From: Erysipelotrichaceae bacterium MTC7
Lineage (GTDB): Bacteria > Bacillota_I > Bacilli_A > Erysipelotrichales > Erysipelotrichaceae
Length of the DNA: 32,000 nucleotides
Assembly: GCA_001695645.1 (NCBI GenBank)
Contig: LVZN01000078.1
Location: 1 to 32,000 of the forward strand
Direction of reading: 5' to 3'
Positions 7,643 to 15,661 of this stretch are shown here, one piece after another. The notes below the pieces were generated by a model. It saw only the letters and a list, made by a program, of their open reading frames with translations, was not told where the DNA came from and did not search any database. A program made the translations under genes and the position numbers. Position 1 is the first letter of the stretch, and each line of letters starts with the position of its first letter.

Positions 7643-7662
7643 GTGCCATAAAAACGGAACAC
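7643..7662. promoter_or_regulatory. Fourth operator-like site
   Basis: GTGCCATAAAAACGGAACAC matches the 7318-7337 operator at 16/20 positions. Confidence 0.55.
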
Positions 7663-7686
7663 TTACACAATAAGAAAGGAGGAAGT

Positions 7687-7893
7687 ATGGAAAAGATAAT
7701 GCGTGTAACTGAACTAGTAGAACTAGGATATGACCGCGCTACTTTAGTTAGATGGATGGATGAACCTGATTTTCCAAAAATCAAACTAGGGTTAAATCAA
7801 AAGTCGCCCTGGGGCATACCGGTAAAGTCATTTAAGAAATGGCAAGAAAAACATGGGATGTTACATGGCGACATAAAAAAAGATGATTCCTAA
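7687..7893 (+). CDS. Small HTH DNA-binding protein (excisionase/AlpA-like HTH_17)
   Basis: MRVTELVELGYDRATLVRWMDEPDFPKIK resembles excisionase-family HTH. Strong AGGAGG RBS. Confidence 0.5.
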   Translation: MEKIMRVTELVELGYDRATLVRWMDEPDFPKIKLGLNQKSPWGIPVKSFKKWQEKHGMLHGDIKKDDS

Positions 7894-7972
7894 TGCCCTG
7901 GAAAGCGAAGAATCATCAAAACAAGTAATGGCTAACTAGCCTTACTTATTATAACACAAATGAGGTAAAAAT

Positions 7973-8170
7973 ATGAAAATTGGAAATACAAACTATACAC
8001 AAGCAGAAGATGATTGCTTTGGATATTACTTAAAAAAGCATCCACTACTATGGTTCAACATTATCGCAATTATTGTGTGTGCTTGTTTGTATGGTAGCCA
8101 AGAAATTGAAAAGGCACATGCAAAGACAGTCGAACAAGATGCAATTGTAGAAGTTACACAAAGCGAATGA
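7973..8170 (+). CDS. Small membrane-anchor protein; probably the N-terminal part of an interrupted 3D-domain protein
   Basis: One hydrophobic helix (LLWFNIIAIIVCACLYG). Ends at TGA 8168-8170, which is in frame with the following 3D-domain ORF. Confidence 0.55.
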   Translation: MKIGNTNYTQAEDDCFGYYLKKHPLLWFNIIAIIVCACLYGSQEIEKAHAKTVEQDAIVEVTQSE

Positions 8171-8245
8171 GTACCTGCTGCCAAAGTAAGTAACAGTTTA
8201 GCACCTGTTGAAGAAACGGTAGGAGAACAAAATGCGCTTACAAGT

Positions 8246-8509
8246 TTGGGAACGTTCAAAATTACGTACTATTGGCCTGGTGAAGACCAGTATGGACATG
8301 CAACATCAACGGGAGCATATGCTACTGAAGGAACTACTATTGCCGTGGATCCAACAGTAATACCTTATGGGACTGAAGTGGTAATTGATGGACACACATA
8401 CGTTGCGCAAGATTGTGGCGGAGCCGTAAAGGGAAATGTGATTGACATCTTTGTGGAAAGTCCACATATGGATGCATATTTCGCAGAAGTATATATGAAG
8501 GAGGAGTAA
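8246..8509 (+). CDS. 3D domain (MltA/RlpA-like double-psi beta-barrel) protein; C-terminal part
   Basis: GTFKITYYWPGE...GTTIAVDPTVIPYGT...DCGGAVKGNVIDIF is the 3D-domain pattern. Only a TTG start without RBS is available. The frame is open back to the TGA at 8168. Confidence 0.65.
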   Translation: MGTFKITYYWPGEDQYGHATSTGAYATEGTTIAVDPTVIPYGTEVVIDGHTYVAQDCGGAVKGNVIDIFVESPHMDAYFAEVYMKEE

Positions 8510-8511
8510 TT

Positions 8512-8841
8512 ATGCAAGAAGGGAAAGTGACGAGAGTGAAACCAGGTGATTGGATCATTTACAAAAAAGGTGAAGAATACTGGGAAATCGGACTTGTAAA
8601 AAAAGAAATCCAAACTGGTAAAGGTTGTATGGCTTGGTATCACTGTGGTGGCACTGTGGCATCAACCCCATATGAAGTTATTATTTTTAGAAGTGAACAT
8701 ATTGAAGAAATAGTTGCCTATTTCTATAGATATAACAAACGAATTTTTAATAGATATGCAATTACAAGTTTGTTAGTCCGTAAGTATGCATTAATGAGTG
8801 AAAGCAAAATAATCGATATAACAGATTTAATAGATTTTTAA
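8512..8841 (+). CDS. Hypothetical phage protein
   Basis: ORF with GGAGGAG RBS, tightly packed in the early operon. Confidence 0.7.
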   Translation: MQEGKVTRVKPGDWIIYKKGEEYWEIGLVKKEIQTGKGCMAWYHCGGTVASTPYEVIIFRSEHIEEIVAYFYRYNKRIFNRYAITSLLVRKYALMSESKIIDITDLIDF

Positions 8842-8855
8842 AGGAGAAACATTAA

Positions 8856-9080
8856 ATGAAAGTAAAAGTAATAGAAATAAATAGTCTTAAAGACTTAGAT
8901 TCAGCATTGGATGAAGTGATTGAAGAAATTCGTAATGCATCAGATGAGAATGAGGCAGTAGAGGATGAACATGATTGTGAAACGATTACTGCATTGCGAA
9001 AAGAAAACGAAGAATTGCGATTGGAACTAAGTACATATAAAGCGAAGTTACGTCATGTGCAAGAAATCGTGAATAGTTAA
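8856..9080 (+). CDS. Hypothetical acidic coiled-coil protein
   Basis: ORF with AAAGGAG RBS. Confidence 0.65.
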   Translation: MKVKVIEINSLKDLDSALDEVIEEIRNASDENEAVEDEHDCETITALRKENEELRLELSTYKAKLRHVQEIVNS

Positions 9081-9095
9081 TGAAAGGGGAACAAT

Positions 9096-10403
9096 ATGAA
9101 CGAGCAAATTAAAATTAACAAACTCGAGATTGAAAATGTCAAACGAGTAAAGGCAGTAGTTATTGAACCGACTGCAGAAGGTTTGACGGTAATCGGCGGA
9201 AAGAACTCCCAAGGAAAAACAAGCGTGCTGGATGCCATAGCATGGGCCTTAGGTGGGAACAAATTCAAACCTAGCAAAGCAGAACGAGAAGGGTCTACAA
9301 TTCCACCTCATTTACGTTTAGAACTAAGCAACGGGCTAATTGTAGAACGCAAGGGTAAAAATAGTGACTTGAAGGTTACTGATCCACAGGGCAACAAAGG
9401 TGGCCAACAACTGCTAGATTCATTTGTAGAACAACTTGCATTGAACTTACCGAAGTTCATGGAAGCAACGAACAAAGAAAAAGCAGATACACTACTACAA
9501 ATTATTGGAGTAGGTGATAAGTTGTACGAATTAGAGATGCAAGAAGAGAAGATATACAACGAACGTCATGCTATTGGACAAATTGCTGATCAGAAGAAAA
9601 AGTTTGCTGAAGAACTTCCATTCGATCCTACAGCACCAAAAGAACCAGTAGCAGCTAGTGAATTGATTCAAAAGCAACAAGAGATTCTAGCGCGTAATGG
9701 TGAGAACCAACGCAAAAGACAAAACGTTGAGTATCTAAGAAGTAACCACGTTTCATTGTTGAGTCAAAAAGAGCAATTAGAAAAGCAACTTGCTGAATTA
9801 AATGAAAAAGTAAATGCAAGCACAATTGATTTAGCTACAGCAGAAAAAAGTGCATTAGATCTTCATGATGAGTCAACTGAAGAACTAGAAAAAAATATTC
9901 AAGAAGTTGAAGCAATTAATGTGAAGGTACGTGCAAATCTCGACAAAGAAAAGGCTGAAGGCGAAGCAATTGAGTACAAAGAAAAGTACGATGCACTTAC
10001 TGAGCAAATTGAAGAAGTACGTAAACAAAAAGCTGACTTATTACAAGGTGCAGATTTACCACTACAAGGTTTGATGGTCGAAAATGGTGTGCTTATCTAT
10101 AACGGCCAACAATGGGACAACATGTCATCAAGTGAGCAACTACGAGTTGCTACAGCAATTGTACGTAAATTGAAACCACAATGCGGATTCGTATTGCTTG
10201 ATAAGTTGGAAATGATGGACATTGATACGTTGAACGAATTTGGTAAATGGCTTGAAGGTGAAGGCTTACAAGCAATCGCAACTCGAGTAAGTACTGGAGA
10301 AGAATGTAGCATCATTATCGAAGATGGATATGCAGTTGATGCGATTCCACTAGCTACTAAAGCACCAGTTGAACAGCCGACATGGAAGGCAGGTGAATTC
10401 TAA
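9096..10403 (+). CDS. SMC/Rad50/RecF-like ATPase (AAA_23-type)
   Basis: Walker A GGKNSQGKTS at the N-terminus, a long coiled-coil middle, an ABC-signature-like SSSEQLR and Walker B FVLLDKLE at the C-terminus. Confidence 0.8.
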   Translation: MNEQIKINKLEIENVKRVKAVVIEPTAEGLTVIGGKNSQGKTSVLDAIAWALGGNKFKPSKAEREGSTIPPHLRLELSNGLIVERKGKNSDLKVTDPQGNKGGQQLLDSFVEQLALNLPKFMEATNKEKADTLLQIIGVGDKLYELEMQEEKIYNERHAIGQIADQKKKFAEELPFDPTAPKEPVAASELIQKQQEILARNGENQRKRQNVEYLRSNHVSLLSQKEQLEKQLAELNEKVNASTIDLATAEKSALDLHDESTEELEKNIQEVEAINVKVRANLDKEKAEGEAIEYKEKYDALTEQIEEVRKQKADLLQGADLPLQGLMVENGVLIYNGQQWDNMSSSEQLRVATAIVRKLKPQCGFVLLDKLEMMDIDTLNEFGKWLEGEGLQAIATRVSTGEECSIIIEDGYAVDAIPLATKAPVEQPTWKAGEF

Positions 10404-10582
10404 TGGGATTAGTTATTACAGTAATCAAAGAAGATAAAACACCTAAATCAAGACACGTAGGAGTATCTGATAACACTTATGAAAAGTTAGTTGAATTATC
10501 AAAGAAAACGAATAGAAACAAGAGTGAGTTAGCAAACATGTTGATTGAATACGCTCTTGATAATGTCGAGGTGAAAAAATAA
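10403..10582 (+). CDS. Ribbon-helix-helix (CopG/Arc-like) small protein, 59 aa
   Basis: Below the ORF-track cutoff. TAATG-type overlaps at both ends. VGVSDNTYEKLVELSKKTNRNKSELANMLIEYAL fits a strand-helix-helix pattern. Confidence 0.6.
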   Translation: MGLVITVIKEDKTPKSRHVGVSDNTYEKLVELSKKTNRNKSELANMLIEYALDNVEVKK

Positions 10583-11649
10583 TGAATATTACAAAAGGAA
10601 AAATTGAAAGTGCAAAAAAAACTGTAGTATACGGACCTGAAGGGATCGGTAAATCAACGCTAGCAGCACAATGGCCTGACCCACTGTTTATTGATACAGA
10701 GGGTGGAACAAAGAGTTTAGATGTCGCTCGTTTAGATAAACCAACGTCCTACACAATGTTGCTACAACAAATACAATTTGTTAAACAAAACAGACCATGT
10801 GGAACATTGGTCATTGACACGATTGATTGGGCCGAACGGTTAGTAACCGACTTTATTTGCCAACGAGTAAACAAGACAAGTATTACACAATTCGGATACG
10901 GTGAAGGGTTCTTACAGCTTGAAGAAGAAATTGGTCGCTTGTTGAACAACTTATCTGATTTAACCGAAATAGGAATCCATGTGGTGTTAGTTGCGCATGC
11001 TAAAATCAATAAATTTGAGCAACCGGACGAAATGGGAGCTTACGACCGCTACGAATTGAAGTTAGGAAACAAAACAACTGCTAAGACTGCATCATTAGTA
11101 AAAGAGTGGGCTGATATGGTTCTATTCTGCAATTACAAAACAATTTCGGTGGCTACTGATGATAAAGGTAAGAAGTTTAAAGGACAAGGTGGTAAACGTG
11201 TGATCTATACAACTCATGCACCAGCATGGGATGCGAAGAACCGTGATGGTCTTCCTGATTTTGTAGACATGGATTACAAGAACATCGAACATGTAATTAA
11301 AACGTTTAATGTTGCAGCTCCTGTTGAACCAGTGGCACCACCTGTTACACAACAAGCACCTGTTCAAGAAGTTAAACACGAACCTGTACAGCAAGCAGCA
11401 CCAACTGAGACCCCATTGACTATCGCAATTGATGAAAGCGATTATGTCGGATTACCACAAGCTCTCGTTGACTTGATGAAACCTGAGCAAGTGAGTAAGG
11501 CAATGGTTGAAGATGTGGTTTCAGAAAAAGGGTATTTCCCTAAAGGGACACCTATCACGAATTATCCACAGGAATTTATCGATGGTGTCTTGATTGCAGC
11601 GTGGCCACAAGTATTAGAAATGATTAATGAGAAAAGGATAACATTCTAA
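10582..11649 (+). CDS. Sak4-like RecA-fold ATPase (AAA_24) with a P/Q-rich linker and C-terminal domain
   Basis: VVYGPEGIGKSTLAAQWPDPLFIDTEGG Walker A context and HVVLVAHA Walker B context, typical of AAA_24. Confidence 0.8.
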   Translation: MNITKGKIESAKKTVVYGPEGIGKSTLAAQWPDPLFIDTEGGTKSLDVARLDKPTSYTMLLQQIQFVKQNRPCGTLVIDTIDWAERLVTDFICQRVNKTSITQFGYGEGFLQLEEEIGRLLNNLSDLTEIGIHVVLVAHAKINKFEQPDEMGAYDRYELKLGNKTTAKTASLVKEWADMVLFCNYKTISVATDDKGKKFKGQGGKRVIYTTHAPAWDAKNRDGLPDFVDMDYKNIEHVIKTFNVAAPVEPVAPPVTQQAPVQEVKHEPVQQAAPTETPLTIAIDESDYVGLPQALVDLMKPEQVSKAMVEDVVSEKGYFPKGTPITNYPQEFIDGVLIAAWPQVLEMINEKRITF

Positions 11650-12116
11650 TGAAAACAGTGAATTTTAATTGTAATTGTTTAAGTATTCAAGAGACGGGTT
11701 ATTCTGAAAATGTAGAGATTAATTTTGATGGTGAAGCACCAATTGAATATACTCTTGAACAAATTGAACTGCTTAAATCTTTTTATGAAGACATTAAGTT
11801 GATTAATCAAATATCTGAATATATTGAGGATTTATTGTTAGATGCTACACAAAAAGGCTATGAAACTGGCTATCATCTTGAAATGAAAGTAACTGGTAGA
11901 AGAACTGTTAACAATGAGAATGCAGTTATTGAATGGTTTGATTCACAAGGCATTAACAAAAATGAATTGTATTGTAAAAAAATGAAAACGATTAGTGAGT
12001 TAAAAGAACTATCAAAAATGACTTACAAAGAATTTTATGAAGTGTTTGAAAATAGTATTTACGTAAAAAATGAAATAGTCAAAGAAGTATTAGTTAAAGA
12101 TGAAGGAGAAAACTAA
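11649..12116 (+). CDS. Hypothetical phage protein
   Basis: ORF with a TAATG overlap to the upstream gene. Confidence 0.65.
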   Translation: MKTVNFNCNCLSIQETGYSENVEINFDGEAPIEYTLEQIELLKSFYEDIKLINQISEYIEDLLLDATQKGYETGYHLEMKVTGRRTVNNENAVIEWFDSQGINKNELYCKKMKTISELKELSKMTYKEFYEVFENSIYVKNEIVKEVLVKDEGEN

Positions 12117-12117
12117 C

Positions 12118-12678
12118 ATGACACAACAACAAAACAACCAACAAGTAGTAGAACGTGAATTTGGGTGGGATGACACCCTTACAGAAGACCCGAAGGAGTT
12201 TGTCCTATTACCAGCAGCCGATTATGATTTTAGAATTTTGAGTTTTGAAAGAGGAAGGTATACACCTGGACCAACATCAAAAATGCCAGCTTGTAATGAA
12301 GCGAATCTAAAAGTAGAAATTATCAATCCAATGGATCCAACAGGAGAAAGTAACCCTGTGTTGAAATATCGATTATTTTTACATTCAAGAACCGAAGGAA
12401 TGTTATCTGCATTTTTTGCGAGTATTGGGCTAAAAGAAAAAGGACAACCTGCTCAAATGAATTGGAATCTAGTACCTGGAGCAACAGGAAAATGTTCTGT
12501 AAAAATCAAATTGTACAACGGTAACCAATACAACGAAGTCGCTAAATTTATTCCAAGATATGACCTTGAACCACAAACGCAACAAGTAGGATATCAGGCT
12601 CCTGTACAACAAACTGCACAACCTGTTCAAACTGCGCCTACAACTCCAACTGGTAATTTCACATCTGGAAAATTTTAG
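12118..12678 (+). CDS. DUF669-like protein (SSB-like accessory of Sak4 modules)
   Basis: Sits between AAA_24 and the helicase. LPAADYDFRILSFE...KMPACNEANLKVEI pattern. GAAGGAG RBS supports the ATG at 12118. Confidence 0.6.
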   Translation: MTQQQNNQQVVEREFGWDDTLTEDPKEFVLLPAADYDFRILSFERGRYTPGPTSKMPACNEANLKVEIINPMDPTGESNPVLKYRLFLHSRTEGMLSAFFASIGLKEKGQPAQMNWNLVPGATGKCSVKIKLYNGNQYNEVAKFIPRYDLEPQTQQVGYQAPVQQTAQPVQTAPTTPTGNFTSGKF

Positions 12679-12688
12679 GTAAAAATAT

Positions 12689-14275
12689 ATGGAGTTACGA
12701 ACATATCAAGAAGAAAGCAAAAGCGCAGTCCTGACTGAATGGGAAAACGGAAATAAGAAAACATTGTTAGTCTTGCCCACGGGATGTGGGAAGACTATCG
12801 TGTTTAGCAAAATCATTGAAGAACGGGTCCGCGATGGAGGTCGGGGGCTCGTTCTTGCACATAGAGGCGAGCTACTCGAACAAGCAGCTGACAAGTTGTA
12901 CCAATCAACAGGACTTAAATGCGCTACTGAAAAGGCGAGTGAGACTTGCTTGGATAGTTGGTATCGTGTAGCCGTTGGCTCGGTTCAATCACTACAAAGG
13001 CCACAGCGTTTAGCAAAATTTCCTAAAGACTTCTTCGACTTTATTGTCATCGATGAAGCACATCATGCTATCAGTGATGGCTACCAACGTGTACTCGAAC
13101 ATTTTGATGAAGCGGATGTATTAGGTGTAACGGCTACTCCTGATCGTGGAGACATGAAGAATCTAGGTAGTTATTTTGAATCATTAGCATATGAATACAC
13201 ATTACCTAAAGCAATTAAGGAAGGTTATTTGTCACCAATTAAAGCGATAACAATTCCACTGAAAATTGATTTGAGTAGTGTTGGTCAACAAGCTGGTGAT
13301 TTTAAAGCTAGCGAAGTTGGAACAGCACTGGACCCTTATCTAGAAGGAATTGCAGAAGAAATGAAAAAGCAATGTGCTGATCGAAAGACAGTAGTCTTCC
13401 TTCCACTAATTGCGACAAGTCAAAAGTTTTGTAAATTACTAAATGAGATGGGATTCAATGCGGTTGAAGTAAATGGAAATAGTGAGGACCGTGCAGAAAT
13501 TCTTGAAGACTTCGACAAAGGAAAATACAACATACTGTGCAATTCGATGCTTCTAACAGAAGGTTGGGACTGTCCATCTGTCGATTGCGTAGTTGTGCTT
13601 CGACCAACAAAGGTACGAAGTCTATACAGTCAAATGGTAGGGCGTGGAACGCGTTTATATCCAGGTAAGGAAGAATTACTATTATTGGATTTCTTGTGGC
13701 ACACAGAACGACACGAGTTATGCCATCCTGCGCATCTCATTTGCGAAAATGAAGAAGTAGCGAAGAAAGTTACACAGAATCTAGAAAACGCTCCAGGAGT
13801 CCCTATGGACCTTGAAATGCTTGAAGAAAAAGCAAAGAGCGATGTTGTAGAAGAACGTGAAGCAGCTCTTGCAGCACAGTTGGCTGAAATGAAGAAACGT
13901 AAGCGTAAACTTGTAGATCCATTGCAATTTGAAATGAGTATACAAGCGGAAGATTTATCTAGTTATGTACCTTCGTTTGGGTGGGAGATGAGTCCGCCAA
14001 GTGAAAAACAAGTTAAAGCATTAGAAAAAATGGGAATCTTCGCGGATGAAATAGACAACGCTGGGAAAGCCAATTTGCTACTCGATAGACTACAAAAACG
14101 CCGTGTAGAAGGCTTGGCTAGTCCGAAACAAATACGATTCCTTGAAGGTAGGGGATTCCAACATGTCGGTAGTTGGAATGGTGAAAGTGCAAGAAAATTA
14201 ATCGATAGGATTGCTGGAAACAATTGGCGCATTCCTAGCGACATAAACCCAAGAGAATATGAACCGAAAAATTAA
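12689..14275 (+). CDS. DEAD/DEAH-box (ResIII-type) superfamily 2 DNA helicase
   Basis: PTGCGKT (motif I), VIDEAHH (motif II), TATP (III), helicase_C motifs (LTEGWDCP, QMVGRGTR). Confidence 0.9.
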   Translation: MELRTYQEESKSAVLTEWENGNKKTLLVLPTGCGKTIVFSKIIEERVRDGGRGLVLAHRGELLEQAADKLYQSTGLKCATEKASETCLDSWYRVAVGSVQSLQRPQRLAKFPKDFFDFIVIDEAHHAISDGYQRVLEHFDEADVLGVTATPDRGDMKNLGSYFESLAYEYTLPKAIKEGYLSPIKAITIPLKIDLSSVGQQAGDFKASEVGTALDPYLEGIAEEMKKQCADRKTVVFLPLIATSQKFCKLLNEMGFNAVEVNGNSEDRAEILEDFDKGKYNILCNSMLLTEGWDCPSVDCVVVLRPTKVRSLYSQMVGRGTRLYPGKEELLLLDFLWHTERHELCHPAHLICENEEVAKKVTQNLENAPGVPMDLEMLEEKAKSDVVEEREAALAAQLAEMKKRKRKLVDPLQFEMSIQAEDLSSYVPSFGWEMSPPSEKQVKALEKMGIFADEIDNAGKANLLLDRLQKRRVEGLASPKQIRFLEGRGFQHVGSWNGESARKLIDRIAGNNWRIPSDINPREYEPKN

Positions 14276-14289
14276 AAGGAGAACTAAAA

Positions 14290-15285
14290 ATGCAAAAAGT
14301 AATAAACATTAATGTAATTGCACCACATGAGAATAACCCTCGTGTAGACTTAGGTGATTTAACAGAATTGATTGACAGTATTAAAGAAAACGGAATTTTA
14401 CAACCGATAACAGTTGTTGAAGATGGCTTCTTATTCAAAGTGATAATGGGTCACAGACGTTTGGCAGCTGCTAAGGAAGCAGGTCTTACTGAATTAACGT
14501 GCGAAGTAGTGGCGATGGATGATAAGAAACAAGCAGCAACAATGTTACTTGAAAACATGCAACGTAAAGACCTTACTCCATATGAAGAAGCACGTGGCTT
14601 CCAAATGTGTTTGGATTTAGGTATCGAAGAAGATGAATTGAAACAACGTACTGGATTAAGTAAAAAGAAAATTAGACATCGACTTAAGATGCTTGAACTT
14701 GATCAGGACCGAGTTGAAAAGGCAAGTGGTGGTTCTATTGAAGAATATATTGCATTAGAAGAAATCAAAAACTTAGAAGAACGAAATCGATTAGTAGAAT
14801 TCGTAGGGACAGACAACTTTAATATGGAATTATTAAAAGCAAAAGAAAAGCAAAGTAAACCAATCGCACCGAACGTTGAAGTTACAGACGATGAAACGTC
14901 AATTGAACCTATTGACAAAGTCACTGATGAACCAAAATATGATTTAGATTTGATGTTTAAATTACGTATTAACTTCATGCAAAAAGTCTTTGAACGAAAA
15001 ATTGACAAAAATGAATTTGCTGAAGCAACAACTTTTCTAACTTCTGCACAACTAAAAAACAACTTCTCAATCAAAGGCAATTTCTCAACATTTGAAAAAG
15101 TGTGTGATGGAACTCCTGTAGATGAAGAAGAAATTGCAAAACATACAATCAATTACTTTGTTGTCACCGTATATTCGGGGATGGAACAACTAAAAGATGC
15201 AACTGTATACAATTATCTTAAAATTTTTGGCTACAAACTTAGTGATGATGAAAAGGCTTTCGTAAAAGAATTTAGCGAGGAATAG
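14290..15285 (+). CDS. ParB N-terminal domain (ParB-like nuclease/CTPase fold) protein
   Basis: NPRVDLGDLTELIDSIKENGILQPITV and GHRRLAAAKEAGL motifs. Confidence 0.85.
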   Translation: MQKVININVIAPHENNPRVDLGDLTELIDSIKENGILQPITVVEDGFLFKVIMGHRRLAAAKEAGLTELTCEVVAMDDKKQAATMLLENMQRKDLTPYEEARGFQMCLDLGIEEDELKQRTGLSKKKIRHRLKMLELDQDRVEKASGGSIEEYIALEEIKNLEERNRLVEFVGTDNFNMELLKAKEKQSKPIAPNVEVTDDETSIEPIDKVTDEPKYDLDLMFKLRINFMQKVFERKIDKNEFAEATTFLTSAQLKNNFSIKGNFSTFEKVCDGTPVDEEEIAKHTINYFVVTVYSGMEQLKDATVYNYLKIFGYKLSDDEKAFVKEFSEE

Positions 15286-15287
15286 TT

Positions 15288-15659
15288 ATGAAAATAGTAG
15301 ATGACTATCACGCATATGGGAAGGCAGTGTCATACATTAAGGCGATTGCTGAACATTTAATTAACAAAGCGAAAAATGATCCGCTGTTGCAAGAAACGTT
15401 AAATAAACCAAACAAATCTTTAAAAGGGATGTTTGAATACGTGAAAAGTGAAGCCAGAAAACTGGCAAAAGATGGATGCGCTGTAGTTGAAGACGAAAAA
15501 GTATATGCTTTAGCACAACATTATTATGATGAAGATTCGTTGGATTTCGAACCGAAGGAAAAAAAGGAAGTAAATCCAAAAACACCACAAGAAAAAAAAG
15601 TAAAGAAAGTAGATAAAATCGAACTTCCGGAAATGGATATGGATGATTTTGAGTTTTAG
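15288..15659 (+). CDS. PcfK-like protein (family that includes AcrIIA9-type Cas9 inhibitors)
   Basis: KSLKGMFEYVKSEARKLAKDGCAVVEDEKVYALAQHYYDEDSLDFE matches my recollection of the PcfK-like pattern. Immediately precedes a PcfJ-like gene. Confidence 0.55.
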   Translation: MKIVDDYHAYGKAVSYIKAIAEHLINKAKNDPLLQETLNKPNKSLKGMFEYVKSEARKLAKDGCAVVEDEKVYALAQHYYDEDSLDFEPKEKKEVNPKTPQEKKVKKVDKIELPEMDMDDFEF

Positions 15660-15661
15660 TT

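Noticed and set aside
7339-7784. Minus-strand ORFs 7339-7662 (107 aa) and 7566-7784 (72 aa)
   Set aside because: They run antisense through the operator region, cro and the next early gene. They are Cys/Phe-rich nonsense with no RBS, so shadow ORFs.
8168-8170. TGA read as Trp/Gly (alternative genetic code) or selenocysteine
   Set aside because: TGA clearly terminates int (3430-3432) and gene 30880-31221. I could not fold a convincing SECIS-like hairpin immediately downstream. It is retained only as a pseudogene or read-through question.
14703-15152. Long antisense ORFs inside clear genes (14703-15152, 17997-18446, 20288-20731, 28722-29087, 23712-24035, 25211-25492 and similar)
   Set aside because: Each lies fully within a well-supported opposite-strand gene, lacks an RBS and has Ser/Leu/Cys-rich shadow-frame composition.
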